A stretch of 64,000 nucleotides of DNA from an uncultured Candidatus Rokubacteria bacterium (GTDB lineage Bacteria; Methylomirabilota; Methylomirabilia; Rokubacteriales; CSP1-6). Where the stretch lies: NCBI GenBank assembly GCA_963747235.1, contig CAVVEU010000013.1:327517-391516 (forward strand). The letters run 5' to 3'. Of this stretch, positions 50,508 to 61,342 are shown one piece after another. Each line of letters starts with the position of its first letter. Positions within the stretch are counted from its first letter, which is position 1. The position numbers and the translations under genes were made by a program. Below the pieces are notes generated by a model. That model saw nothing but the letters and a program-made list of their open reading frames with translations, was not told the origin of the DNA and did not search any database.

Positions 50508-50525
50508 AGCGAAGGAGGAGACTTC

Positions 50526-51416
50526 ATGCGACTCATGCGAGTGCTGGCGGTGACCCTGATCATGATCGCGGGGTGGGTGACGCCTTCGATGGCGGTCGAC
50601 CCGAGCTGGCCCAAGGAGATCACCTTCGCGCTGCTGTCCACCGAGAACGCGTCCGAGATCACGCGACGCTGGGGGCCCATTCTGGGCCAGCTCGAGAAGG
50701 ATCTGGGCGTCAAGGTCAAACCGGTCACCGCCACCGACTATCGTGGGAGCATCGAGGCGCTCAAGTTCAAGAAGGCGGAGATCGGACATCTGGGGCCGAA
50801 GTCGTACGTCGAAGCGTCGAACAACAACTACGCCAACGTGGAGCCGATCGCCCAGCTGCAGCTCGCCAACGGCTCGCTGGGCTATCGCTCGTGCCTGATC
50901 GTGCACTCGGAGTCGGACCTGTTCAGCCCGGAGGACATGGGCGGCAAGACCTTCGCGTTCAACGATCCGAACTCGACGTCCGGCTACCTGGTGCCGTCGG
51001 CGATGTTCATGATGGAGATGGGCGTGGACCCGAAGAAGTTCTTCTCGAAGGTCACGTTCTCGGGCTCGCACGAGGCCTCGATCCTGGCGGTGGCGAACCG
51101 GAAGGTGGAGGTCGCCTCGACCAACCTGCCGGACCTGACCCAGCTCACGCGGGAGGGCAAGGTGCCGCGCGGCAGCCTCCGGGTGATCTGGGTGTCGAAG
51201 CTGATTCCCAACGATCCGATCGTCGTCCGCAAGGACATGCCGGCCAGCCTGCGCTCGGCGATCACCGAATCGCTGACTACCATGAAGGCGCGCAACCCGG
51301 AAGTGTTCAAGGAGATCGGGGCGTGGCTCGGAGGCTTCGTGCCGGCCGATGACGGCAAGTACCAGGTGATCCGCGATCTGAACGACGTGGCCAAGAAGCT
51401 CGCGGCCCAGAAGTAG
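50526..51416 (+). CDS. phnD: Phosphonate ABC transporter substrate-binding protein
   Basis: Signal peptide, STE, DY, GYRS, DPNSTSGYLVP, GSHE, S.LIPNDP. Confidence 0.92.
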   Translation: MRLMRVLAVTLIMIAGWVTPSMAVDPSWPKEITFALLSTENASEITRRWGPILGQLEKDLGVKVKPVTATDYRGSIEALKFKKAEIGHLGPKSYVEASNNNYANVEPIAQLQLANGSLGYRSCLIVHSESDLFSPEDMGGKTFAFNDPNSTSGYLVPSAMFMMEMGVDPKKFFSKVTFSGSHEASILAVANRKVEVASTNLPDLTQLTREGKVPRGSLRVIWVSKLIPNDPIVVRKDMPASLRSAITESLTTMKARNPEVFKEIGAWLGGFVPADDGKYQVIRDLNDVAKKLAAQK

Positions 51417-51425
51417 GGCCGCGGG

Positions 51426-51875
51426 ATGGCCGTGAACACGGAGGCGCGGGCGCGCTGGATGTCGGCCCTCGCGCAGGCCGGGCCGGCGGAGGTGGAAGCG
51501 GCCTGGGGCAGGCTCCATCCCGAGCCCGTGTACCGGACGCTGCGGGCCCCTGAGACCGGACTCGTGATGGTCCGGGGGCGCGCGGGTGGCACCGGCGCGC
51601 CATTCAACCTGGGCGAGATGACGGTGACCCGCTGCTCCGTCGTGCTCGACGACGGTCGGGTGGGCCACGCCTACGTGCCCGGCCGCGACCGCCGGCACGC
51701 GGAGCGGGCGGCGGCGCTGGATGCCCTCCTCCAGGACGAGACGGCGCGGGGGCTGCTCGAGCGGCTGGTCATCCACCCGCTCGTGGCCGCCCGCCAGGCG
51801 TGGCAGCAAGAGACTCGTGCCCGGGTCGCGAGCACCAAGGTGGAGTTCTTCACGATGGTTCGGGGCGAGGAATAG
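51426..51875 (+). CDS. phnG: C-P lyase subunit PhnG
   Basis: RAPETGLVMVRGRAGGTGAPFNLGEMTVTR...TKVEFFTMVRGE. Confidence 0.95.
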   Translation: MAVNTEARARWMSALAQAGPAEVEAAWGRLHPEPVYRTLRAPETGLVMVRGRAGGTGAPFNLGEMTVTRCSVVLDDGRVGHAYVPGRDRRHAERAAALDALLQDETARGLLERLVIHPLVAARQAWQQETRARVASTKVEFFTMVRGEE

Positions 51876-51877
51876 CC

Positions 51878-52456
51878 GTGCGGACCGGGTTCGCCGACCC
51901 CGTGTTCGAGAGCCAGCGCGTCTTCCGTGGAGTGCTCGACGCCATGGCGGAGCCGGGGCGGGTGATCACGCTCGACGCGGCGCCGTCCGCTCCGGAACCG
52001 CTTCATCCCGCGACGGTCGCGATTGCCCTGGCCCTTCTCGATTTCGAGACCCCGGTCTGGCTCGATGCCGCGGCCGGGACGTCCGAGACGGTTGCCCATC
52101 TGCGGTTTCACTGCGGGTGCCCGATCATGGAGGACCCCGCGCGCGCCCGGTTCGCGATCATCGCCGACCCGGACGTGATGCCGGAGCTCGGCGCCTTCGA
52201 CGCGGGCACCGACGAGTATCCCGATCGCTCGGCGACGCTGATCGTGCAGGCCAGGACGCTGGGCGCGGGACGCGGTCTCCGGCTCTCCGGCCCCGGCATC
52301 GCCACCGAGGCTCGATTGGAAGTCGGCGGCCTGTCCGCGCGGTTCTGGGAGGCGCTGCGAGGCAACCACGCCCGGTTCCCGCGAGGCGTGGACGTGTTGC
52401 TGACCGCCGGGGTCTCGCTCGCCGCGCTGCCCCGGACGACCTGGATCGAGGGCTAG
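51878..52456 (+). CDS. phnH: C-P lyase subunit PhnH
   Basis: GFADPV..SQ..FR, L.D.ETPVWL, LRFHCG, GTDEYPDRSAT, FPRGVD, ALPRTT. Confidence 0.95.
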   Translation: MRTGFADPVFESQRVFRGVLDAMAEPGRVITLDAAPSAPEPLHPATVAIALALLDFETPVWLDAAAGTSETVAHLRFHCGCPIMEDPARARFAIIADPDVMPELGAFDAGTDEYPDRSATLIVQARTLGAGRGLRLSGPGIATEARLEVGGLSARFWEALRGNHARFPRGVDVLLTAGVSLAALPRTTWIEG

Positions 52457-52458
52457 GC

Positions 52459-53554
52459 ATGTACGTGGCGGTGAAGGGCGGCGAGCGGGCGATCGAGAAC
52501 GCGCATCGGCTCCTGGCGGTCGAGCGGCGCGGCGACCCGGAGGTGCCGGAGCTGAGCCTGGCCCAGATCGAGCAGCAGCTCGCGCTCGCGGTGGATCGGG
52601 TGATGACGGAAGGCTCCCTCTACGACCGGGAGTTGGCCGCGCTGGCGGTGAAGCAGTCGCGGGGCGACCTGATCGAGGCGATCTTTCTGCTACGCGCCTA
52701 CCGGACGACGCTCCCGCGGCTCGGCACGAGCCTGCCGCTCGATACGGACCGGATGGTCGTGGAGCGCCGGATCTCGGCCATCTTCAAGGATCTGCCGGGG
52801 GGTCAGATCCTCGGCCCCACGTTCGACTACACGCACCGGCTGCTAGACTTCGCGCTGGCGGGCGCGCGGCCCGCCGAGCCGGCCGTGGTTTCGACCCGAC
52901 GCGAGGCCACGGAGGCTCCGGAGTCGCTGCCGCGCGTGGTGGAGCTGCTCGACCGGGAAGGGCTGATCGAGGGCGAGAGCCCTGCCGACGGCGGCGGTCC
53001 ACGTCGGCGACCTGACCCGCGAGCCGCTCACGTTCCCCGCGCGGCGCGACGTCCGCCTGCAGAATCTCGCGCGCGGCGACGAGGGCTTCCTGCTCGCGAT
53101 GGGCTACGCGACCCAGCGCGGCTACGGGCGCAATCACCCGTTCGCGGGAGAGATCCGGCAGGGCGAGGTGATGGTCGAGCTGGCCCCGGAGGAGCTCGGG
53201 TTCGCGGTGGAGATCGCCACGATCCCGGTGACCGAGTGCCAGATGGTGAACCAGTTCAAGGGCTCGGCGACGGCACCGCCGCAGTTCACGCGCGGCTACG
53301 GGCTCGTCTTCGGGGGCGCGGAGCGGAAGGCAATGGCGATGGCCCTGGTGGACCGCGCCCTCCGCTGCCGCGAGCTCGGCGAGGAGCCGGCCTCGCCGAC
53401 CCAGGACGAAGAGTTCGTGCTGAGCCACTCCGACAACGTCGAGGCCTCGGGCTTCGTGCAGCATCTCAAGCTCCCGCACTATGTCGACTTCCAGTCGGAG
53501 CTGGTGCTGGTCCGGGACCTGCGCGCGGGCCAGGGGGCGGGGTCGGCGCGATGA
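52459..53554 (+). CDS. phnI: C-P lyase subunit PhnI (frameshift near 52995)
   Basis: MYVAVKGGE.AI, GPTFDYTHRL, QRGYG.NHPF.GE, HSDNVEASGFVQHLKLPHYVDFQ. Confidence 0.93.
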
Positions 53555-54400
53555 GCTACAACTTCGCCTACCTCGACGAGCAGACGAAGCGGATGATCCG
53601 TCGCGCGATCCTCAAGGCGGTGGCTGTTCCGGGCTACCAGGTGCCGTTCGGAAGCCGCGAGATGCCGCTCTCCTACGGCTGGGGCACGGGCGGCGTGCAG
53701 GTCACCGCGAGCGTCATCGGGCCCGCCGACGTGCTCAAGGTCATCGACCAGGGCGCGGACGACACCACGAACGCGGTGAGCATCCGGCAGTTCTTCGCGC
53801 GCACCACCGGGGTGGCGACGACGACCCGGACCGACGAGGCCACGCTCATCCAGACCCGGCACCGCATCCCGGAGACGCCGCTCCGGCCCGGCCAGATCGT
53901 GGTCTTCCAGGTGCCGATCCCGGAGCCGCTGCGCTGGCTCGAGCCCCGCGAGCTCGAGACGCGGAGGATGCACGCGCTCGAGGAGTACGGCGTGATGTAC
54001 GTGCGGCTCTACGAGGACATCACGCGCCACGGGCGAGTGGCCCAGACCTACGAGTATCCGGTGATCGTCAACGGCCGGTACCTGATGCGTCCGTCGCCGA
54101 TCCCGAAGTTCGACAACCCGAAGCTCGACCGGTGCTCCGGCGCTCATGCTCTTCGGGGCGGGCCGCGAGAAGCGAATCTACGCGGTGCCGCCGTGGACCA
54201 CGGTGAAGAGCCTCGACTTCGACGATCATCCCTTCGAGGTCGAGCACTGGGAGCGGCCGTGCGGTCTCTGCGGCGCCCGCGGCGTCTTCCTCGACGAGCT
54301 GATCGTGGACGACAAGGGCGGGCGGCTCTTCATCTGCTCGGACACCGACTACTGCTCGCGGCGCCAGGCGGCCAACCCTGGCACGGAGGCGCAGCGGTGA
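53551..54400 (+). CDS. phnJ: C-P lyase radical SAM subunit PhnJ (frameshift near 54140)
   Basis: YNFAYLDEQTKR, EMPLSYGWGTGG, CGLC...CSDTDYC. Confidence 0.93.
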
Positions 54401-55185
54401 GTGGGCTGGGCGACGATCGGCCGCTGCTCGGGGTGCGCGGCCTGGCCAAGCGCTACGGGGCGCAGGTCGGCTGCCTCGACGTGGGCTTCGATCTCTGGCC
54501 GGGCGAGGTGCTCGGCATCGTGGGCGAGTCGGGCTCGGGCAAGACCACCGTGCTCAACTGCCTGTCCGGCCGCGTGACGGCCGACGGTGGCGAGGTGATC
54601 TACGTGAACGGCGCCGACGTCGCGGTGGACATGCTGGCCCTGGACGAGTCGGACCGCCGGCGGCTGCTCAGGAGCGAGTGGGGTGTGGTGCACCAGAACG
54701 CGCGGGATGGGCTTCGCATGGGGGTGAGCGCCGGCGCCAACGTGGGCGAGCGCCTCATGGCCCTGGGCGCGCGCCACTACGGCCGGGTGCGGGGCCAGGC
54801 GCTGGACTGGCTGGCCCGGGTCGAGATCGGGCAGGATCGGATCGACGATCTCCCCGAGACCTTCTCGGGCGGGATGCTGCAGCGCCTGCAGATCGCGCGC
54901 AACCTGGTCACGGCGCCGCGGCTGGTCCTGATGGACGAGCCCACCGGCGGGCTCGACGTCTCGGTGCAGGCGCGCCTGCTCGATCTGCTGCGGGGCCTGG
55001 TCGAGGATCTCGGACTCTCCGCGGTCATCGTCACGCACGATCTCGCGGTGGCGCGGCTGCTCGCCCACCGGCTCCTGGTGATGCGGAGGGGCGAGATCGT
55101 GGAAGCGGGGCTCACGGACCAGGTGCTCGACGACCCGCAGCACCCCTACGCCCAGCTCCTGGTCTCCTCGGTGCTCCACCCGTGA
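54397..55185 (+). CDS. phnK: C-P lyase ABC ATPase PhnK
   Basis: GESGSGKTT, FSGGMLQRLQIARNL, DEPTGGLDVSVQA, DDPQHPY.QLLVSS. Confidence 0.95.
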   Translation: MSGLGDDRPLLGVRGLAKRYGAQVGCLDVGFDLWPGEVLGIVGESGSGKTTVLNCLSGRVTADGGEVIYVNGADVAVDMLALDESDRRRLLRSEWGVVHQNARDGLRMGVSAGANVGERLMALGARHYGRVRGQALDWLARVEIGQDRIDDLPETFSGGMLQRLQIARNLVTAPRLVLMDEPTGGLDVSVQARLLDLLRGLVEDLGLSAVIVTHDLAVARLLAHRLLVMRRGEIVEAGLTDQVLDDPQHPYAQLLVSSVLHP

Positions 55186-55881
55186 GCGGGCCCGCACTCG
55201 AGGTCAGCGGCCTCGACAAGGTTTTCACCCTGCACGTCCAGGGCGGGGTCACGCTGTCCGTGCTGAAGGACGTGACCCTGGCGGTCCATCCGGGCGAGTG
55301 CCTCGTGCTGGCGGACCCGTCCGGGTCGGGCAAGAGCACGCTGCTGCGCGCGGTGTACGGCAACTATCTGGCACAGGCCGGCCGCATCCTGGTCCGCCAC
55401 CAGGAGCGCGTGGTGGACATGGTGGGCGCCTCGCCCCGGCTCGTGCTCGAGATCCGGCGGCACACGATCGGCTACGTCAGCCAGTTCCTGCGCGTGATCC
55501 CGCGGGTCCCGACGGACGAGGTCGTGGCGGGCGACCCTGCGCGCGCGGGGCGTGAGCGCGCACGAGGCGCTCGATCGGGCGCGCGCCGTTCTCACGCGAC
55601 TCGGCATCCCGGAGCGGCTCTGGCCGCTCTCGCCGGTGACCTTCTCGGGCGGCGAGCAGCAGCGCGTCAACGTGGCCCGGGTGCTCGTGGCGGACTATCC
55701 CATCCTCTTGCTGGACGAACCCACGGCTTCGCTGGACGCGGCGAGCCGCCTCGTGGTCGTCGACCTGATCGGGGAGGCGCGCCGGCGCGGCGCCGCCGTC
55801 CTGGGTACGGTGCACGACGCTCAGGTCCGGGGCGAGGTGGCGACGCGCGTGCAGACCCTGGCCGGACTGGAGGCCGCATGA
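55182..55881 (+). CDS. phnL: PhnL ABC ATPase (frameshift near 55530)
   Basis: F.LH.QGG, YGNY, YVSQFLRVIPRV, TFSGGEQQRVN, DEPTASLD. Confidence 0.92.
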
Positions 55882-57012
55882 GCGTTTTCACGAATGCGCG
55901 GATCGTGACACAGGACGAGGTGTTCCTCGGCGCCGCCGCGGTCGAGGACGGCGTCATCATCGCGGTCGAAGCCGGGACGGGCCTCGAGCCGTCGTGGGGA
56001 GGACCTCGAGGGGGACTACCTGGTGCCCGGCGTGGTGGAGCTCCATACCGATGTGCTCGAGCGGCACGCGATTCCGCGCCCCGGCGTGCTCTGGCCCGCG
56101 GTGCCGGCGGTGCTGGCCCACGATAGCCAGCTCGTGGGCGCGGGTATCACCACGGTGCTCGACAGTCTGGCCATCGGCTATCTGGTGGACACCGGCCAGC
56201 GACCCCGGGATCCTCGGCCGCTCGTCGAGGCGATCCGCGCGGCCCGGGGGGCCGGGCTGCTGCGGGCCGACCACTACCTCCACATGCGCTGCGAGGTCAG
56301 CACCGAGCTCGTGGTGCAGGACTTCACGCCCTTCGCCGACGATCCGCTGGTGCGCCTCGTGTCGCTGATGGATCACGCACCCGGGCAGCGGCAGTTCGTC
56401 AGCGTGTCGAAGTACCGCGAGTACAACCAGGGCCGCTTCGGGCTGACCGACGCTCAGCTCGACGCGCTGATCGAGCGCCGGCTCGAGGAGCAGGCGCGCT
56501 ACGCGGACGAGCACCGGGCGGCCATCACCGCGCTCTGCCGCAAGCACGGCCTCCCGGTGGCGAGTCACGATGACGCGACCGCCGCCCACGTGGACGAGGC
56601 GCTGCAGGCCGGCGCGGCCATCGCGGAGTTCCCGACCACACTCGAGGCGGCGGAGGCCGCCCACGGCTACGGGCTCGCGGTCCTGGCCGGGGCGCCGAAC
56701 CTGGTGCGTGGGCACTCCCACTCGGGCAATGTCTCGGCGGCCGAGCTGGCGGCGCGCGGCTGGCTCGACGTGCTCTCGTCCGACTACGTGCCGGCGAGCG
56801 TGCTCCACGGGGCGTTCCTGCTCCACCTCCAGCACGGCATGACCCTGCCGCGGGCGATGGCCACCGTCTCGGCGACGCCGGCGCGGCGCGTGGGGCTCGA
56901 GGACCGCGGGGCGATCGCGCCGGGACGGCGGGCCGATCTCGTCAGGGTGCGCGTCCACGGCGACGTGGTGGCGGTGCGCGGCGTGTGGTGCCGCGGGGAG
57001 CGCGTGGCATGA
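55878..57012 (+). CDS. phnM: RPnTP diphosphatase PhnM (frameshift near 55990)
   Basis: PG.VELHTD, MDH.PGQRQF, ASHDD, EFPTT, GAPNLVRG.SHSGN, LSSDY.P. Confidence 0.93.
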
Positions 57013-57833
57013 TCCGCCGGGGCTCGGCGGAGGACGGCCAGGTTCGCCTCGACGTGGCGGCGCGACTGGCCCGCGTCGGAGGCGGCATCGCGCTCGAGCA
57101 CTGGAGCCGGGCCCAGGTCTCGTGGAAGACCGACGATTCCATGGTGACCGACGCCGACCTCGCGATCCAGACCTGCCTCGACGAGGAGATCGGCGCCGCG
57201 TTCCCCGACGACGGCGTGCTCGGCGAGGAGAGTGGCGCTTCCTCGCCGCGCCGGCTCGAGGCGCCGCACGTCTGGGTCGTGGATCCGATCGACGGCACGA
57301 ACAACTTCGGGCGAGGGTTGCCGGGGTTCTCGATCTCGGTGGGGGTGCTCTGCTACGGACGGCCGTTCTGCGGCGCGGTCTACGATCCACTGACCGATCA
57401 GCTCTTCACGGGGCTCGTGGGCCACGGGGCCTGGCTGAACGAGCGGCCGCTGCAGGTGACCCCGACGCCGCGGTCCGGCCGCTCGCTCTTCTGCGCGCGC
57501 ACGCCCTATCGCGACGGAGTGCCGCACTTCGCCGAGCGGTGGCTCACGCGGTACCGGCTTCGGCGGGTGGGCTCCACCGCCTTGCACCTCTGCTACGTGG
57601 CCACCGGTGCGCTCGCCTTCGTGCACGATCAGGGGGCGTCGCTCTGGGACATCGCGGGCGCGGCGCCGGTGGTCATCGAGGCGGGCGGCATCCTGACCGC
57701 GGAGCGGGGCACGCCGCTCTTCCCGCTGGATCCCGACGGGTATGCCGGCGAGCCCATCGCGTTTCTCGCCGGCGATCCGATCGCGCACGACGAGAGCCTG
57801 CGCGAGGTGCTGGAGGTCGGCGGAAGCCGCTAG
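57009..57833 (+). CDS. Inositol monophosphatase-family protein
   Basis: VT.AD, GEE, WVVDPIDGTNNF, WDIAG; start overlaps the phnM stop (ATGA). Confidence 0.9.
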   Translation: MIRRGSAEDGQVRLDVAARLARVGGGIALEHWSRAQVSWKTDDSMVTDADLAIQTCLDEEIGAAFPDDGVLGEESGASSPRRLEAPHVWVVDPIDGTNNFGRGLPGFSISVGVLCYGRPFCGAVYDPLTDQLFTGLVGHGAWLNERPLQVTPTPRSGRSLFCARTPYRDGVPHFAERWLTRYRLRRVGSTALHLCYVATGALAFVHDQGASLWDIAGAAPVVIEAGGILTAERGTPLFPLDPDGYAGEPIAFLAGDPIAHDESLREVLEVGGSR

Positions 57834-59908
57834 GCGCGGCCGTCCGCGGCGACCAGGGCGTAGAGGCGCTCCTGGGAGCGGACGGGCGGCGTATCGAGGG
57901 CCCGGACGCGGGCGGAGCTGCCGTCCAGCAGGATCTCGCGGGCCTTCACCGTATCGCTGAGCTGCAGATCCAGCACCTCGTGGATCTGGGCCTGCAGGCG
58001 CGCGTCCAGCACCGGGAAGGCGATCTCCACGCGGTGGTCGAGGTTGCGGGGCATCCAGTCGGCGGAGGCCAGCCAGTACTCGGGCGCGCCGGCGTTCTGG
58101 AAGTAGAAGACCCGGGCGTGCTCGAGGTAGCGGTCCACGATCGAGATGACCCGGATGCGATCCGAGAGGCCCGGGATGCCCGGGCGGAGGCAGCAGATGC
58201 CGCGCACGATCAGGTCGATCGCGACGCCGGCCTGGCTGGCCAGGTAGAGCTCCTCGATCAGCGTCCGGTCCACCAGGCTGTTCATCTTGGCGACGATGCG
58301 CGCGGGCCGGCCGCGTCGGGCGTGCTCGGCCTCGCGGCGGATGCGGTCGCGGAAGCCGTCGCGCAGCCCGGTGGGCGCCACCAGCAGGTGCCGGAACCGG
58401 CGCGGGCGCGTGTAGCCGGTCAGCATGTTGAAGAGCTCGGTGACGTCCTCGCCGAAGGACTCCCGGCAGGTGAAGAGACCGAAGTCGCCGTAGATGCCGC
58501 CGGTGCGGGCGTTGTAGTTGCCGGTGGCCAGGTGGCAATAGCGCCGGATCCCGTCGGACTCCTGGCGGACGACGAGGCAGGCCTTGCAGTGGGTCTTGTA
58601 GCCGGGCAGCCCGTAGACCACGTGGGCGCCCACCTCCTCGAGCGCGCGCGCCCAGCGGATGTTCGCCTCCTCGTCGAAGCGCGCCTGCAGCTCGACGAGG
58701 ACCGCGACCTCCTTGCCGTTCTCGGCGGCCAGGGTCAGGGCCTGCGCGATCGGCGAGGTCGGGCTCACCCGGTAGAGCGTCATCTTGATGGCGAGCACCC
58801 GGGGATCCACCGCGGCCTCGCTCACGAAGCGGGTGACCGCGTCGAAGGAATGGTACGGGTGGTGGGCGAGCACGTCACCGTTCCGGATCGCGCTCCAGAC
58901 GTCCGAGGAGCCGTCGAAGGCCGGGACCGGACGGGGCGGCATCGGCTGGTCCTTGAGGCGCGGCAGGTCCACCGCGGCGTAGAGCTGGAAGAGATCCGAG
59001 AAGGCGGTGAAGCCGGCGCCCGCGTAGAGATCGTCGCGCGCGAGCTCGAGCTCGTCCACCAGCGTGGCCAGCAGCTCCGCGGGCAGGTCGGGATCGTACT
59101 GCAGCCGGACCGCGTCCCCCATGCGCCGCTCGCGCACCCCGGCCTCCACGCTGGTGAGCAGATCCACCGCGCGCTTGCGCTCGAGCGCGATGTCCGCGTC
59201 GCGGGTCACGCGGATGGCGTGGCAGGAGAGGACCTCGTAGCCGTTGTAGAGCGCGTGGAGCTGCAGCCGGATGACGTCCTCCAGCAGCATGAACGCGTGC
59301 TGGCCGGGAGGCCCCGGGAGCGGGACGAAGCGCGGCACGACCTGGCTCGGGATGTGGACGACGGTGAGCGAGGTGTGGGGGAGCACGCTGGCGGTGACTG
59401 CCCGGACCGCGACCATGAGGCAGAGCGACCGGTTGGCCAGGTGCGGGAACGGATGGCCCGGGTCGATGGCCAGCGGGGTCAGGACGGGCATCAGGGTCCG
59501 CTGGAAATACTCGTCGAGGAACCGCTCCTGGTCCGGGGTGACTTCCTTCGGACGGACGAGGCGGATACCTTCCGAGGCGAGGATCGGCCCCAGGTCGTCG
59601 AGGAAGCAGCGGTGCTGGGCGTCCACCAGCCGGTGGACCTTGTCCGAGACCGCGGCCAGGGTCTCGGTCGGCGAGAGACCGTCCGGCCCCGTGGTGGGAT
59701 CCCCGGCGCGGATCCGGCGCTTCAGCTCGGCGACCCGGACCATGAAGAATTCGTCGAGGTTCGAGCTGAAAATAGCCAGGAACTTTACCCGTTCCATCAG
59801 CGGAACGGTGGGGTCCTGGGCCTCTTCGAGCACGCGCCGGTTGAACTCCAGCCAGGACAGCTCGCGGTTGACGAAGACGTCGGGGGGCAACGCGATCCGG
59901 TCCGGCAT
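57830..59908 (-). CDS. ppk1: Polyphosphate kinase 1
   Basis: NRELSWLEFN.RVL, SNLDEFFMVRVA, HHPY.SF, IK.TLYR, ARFDEE.NI, LEHAR, SADWM.RN. Confidence 0.96.
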   Translation of the reverse strand: MPDRIALPPDVFVNRELSWLEFNRRVLEEAQDPTVPLMERVKFLAIFSSNLDEFFMVRVAELKRRIRAGDPTTGPDGLSPTETLAAVSDKVHRLVDAQHRCFLDDLGPILASEGIRLVRPKEVTPDQERFLDEYFQRTLMPVLTPLAIDPGHPFPHLANRSLCLMVAVRAVTASVLPHTSLTVVHIPSQVVPRFVPLPGPPGQHAFMLLEDVIRLQLHALYNGYEVLSCHAIRVTRDADIALERKRAVDLLTSVEAGVRERRMGDAVRLQYDPDLPAELLATLVDELELARDDLYAGAGFTAFSDLFQLYAAVDLPRLKDQPMPPRPVPAFDGSSDVWSAIRNGDVLAHHPYHSFDAVTRFVSEAAVDPRVLAIKMTLYRVSPTSPIAQALTLAAENGKEVAVLVELQARFDEEANIRWARALEEVGAHVVYGLPGYKTHCKACLVVRQESDGIRRYCHLATGNYNARTGGIYGDFGLFTCRESFGEDVTELFNMLTGYTRPRRFRHLLVAPTGLRDGFRDRIRREAEHARRGRPARIVAKMNSLVDRTLIEELYLASQAGVAIDLIVRGICCLRPGIPGLSDRIRVISIVDRYLEHARVFYFQNAGAPEYWLASADWMPRNLDHRVEIAFPVLDARLQAQIHEVLDLQLSDTVKAREILLDGSSARVRALDTPPVRSQERLYALVAADGRA

Positions 59909-59943
59909 GGGCGCCAGTCTCCGAGAGGCGGGTCCGGAGGTCA

Positions 59944-59971
59944 AATCACAGAATTGTTACGTGCCAGTGAA
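59944..59971 (-). promoter_or_regulatory. Pho-box-like direct repeats upstream of ppk1
   Basis: Minus strand TTCACT, GTAACA, GTGATT at an 11-bp period. Confidence 0.6.
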
Positions 59972-60110
59972 GTCATCGGTCAGGCCGATCCAACGTCCAT
60001 CGCCCATCGGCAACTCGGATTTGACGCTTCTCGTCGAGGCGGTACGATGTGCCGACGACCGGTCCGGTCAAATCGTACAGCCGATTCAGCCTGAGGGGGA
60101 GACACGAGAT

Positions 60111-61207
60111 ATGAAGCGACGGGAATTCCTGAAGAACGGGGTCGCGCTGGGAGCGGCCGCCGCGGTGGGCGGCCTGCCGCGCATCGGAGCAGCGTCCATC
60201 GGCTCGGACGGCGCCAGGTGGCGCACCTTCGAGGTGGTGACCCGGGTCGAGCCGGCGAATCCGACGGGCCCGACGCGCGTCTGGCTTCCGATGCCGCTCG
60301 CGGTGGACACGGACTACCAGAAGAGCCTCGGGCAGAGCTGGACGGGCAATGCCGGCTCCGCCCGCGTCTATCGCGACGACAGGTACGGGGCGGGCATCTT
60401 CTACGCGGAGTGGCCGGCGGGCGAGAGCGCCCCGGTCGTGGAGGTCACGACCCGGTACGCCGCGCGCGATCGGCTGGTGGACGTGACGAAGCCGGGCATG
60501 AACCCGTCCCCCGAGGATCGGGCCACGCTCAACCGGTACCGCGAGTCCAGCAAGCTGGTCCGCACCGACGGGATCGTGAAGAAGACCTCGCAGCAGATCA
60601 CGAAGGGCGCGGACAAGGACGTGGACAAGGCGCGCGCCATCTACGAGTGGATCGTGGAGAACACCTTCCGCGACCCCAAGGTGCGGGGCTGCGGGGTGGG
60701 CGACATCCGCGCCATGCTCGAGACCGGCAACCTGGGCGGCAAGTGCGCCGATCTCAACGCGCTGTTCGTCGGGCCTCGCGCGCGCGGCGGGCATCCCGGC
60801 CCGCGACGTCTACGGCGTGCGCACCGCGGACTCCGCGGAGTTCAAGAGCCTGGGCAAGTCCGGCGAGATCACCAAGGCGCAGCACTGCCGCGCCGAGTTC
60901 TACACCGCCGAGCCACGGCTGGGTGCCGGTGGACCCGGCCGACGTCCGCAAGGTCGTGCTGGAGGAGCGGGGCGGCATCCCGCTCAACGACCCGACCACC
61001 CAGAAGGCGCGGGTGAAGCTCTTCGGCCAGTGGGAGATGAACTGGCTCGCCTACAACTACGCGCACGACGTCAAGCTGCTGAACTCGCGGGAGGACGCGG
61101 TCGCCTACTTCATGTATCCGCAGGCGGAGACGGCCGAGACGCGCAAGGACAGCCTGGATCCGGACAGCTTCAAGTACAAGATCACCACGCGCGAGCTCGG
61201 GATCTAG
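60111..61207 (+). CDS. Tat-exported transglutaminase-like protein (frameshifts near 60775 and 60915)
   Basis: MKRREFLK Tat motif; GGKCADLN, QHCRAEFY, WVPVDPAD (Cys-His-Asp); TTGACG-16-TACGAT upstream. Confidence 0.85.
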
Positions 61208-61235
61208 CCCGCGAGCGCCCCGCTCCGCGGTACCT

Positions 61236-61270
61236 GACGCCCCCGCTTCCCGGCGGGGGCGTCGTGTTTT
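61236..61270 (+). terminator. Intrinsic terminator
   Basis: GACGCCCCCGC-TTCCCG-GCGGGGGCGTC followed by GTGTTTT. Confidence 0.75.
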
Positions 61271-61282
61271 CCCCGCCCCGCG

Positions 61283-61321
61283 TTCACCCACGATTTACCC
61301 CAGCGTCATCATCCCGTAACC
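61283..61321 (+). promoter_or_regulatory. Pho-box-like direct repeats (4 units) upstream of second phoB
   Basis: TTCACC (61283), TTTACC (61294), GTCATC (61305), GTAACC (61316). Confidence 0.7.
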
Positions 61322-61342
61322 CCCGCCACGCACACTCCGGCC

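Noticed and set aside
51721-55185. 1154-aa ORF as a PhnI-J-K fusion, and 46389..48854 as a hydrolase-GH3 fusion
   Set aside because: Both arise from indels bridging frames; each component has its own start and overlapping stop, and the joining segments are off-frame text.
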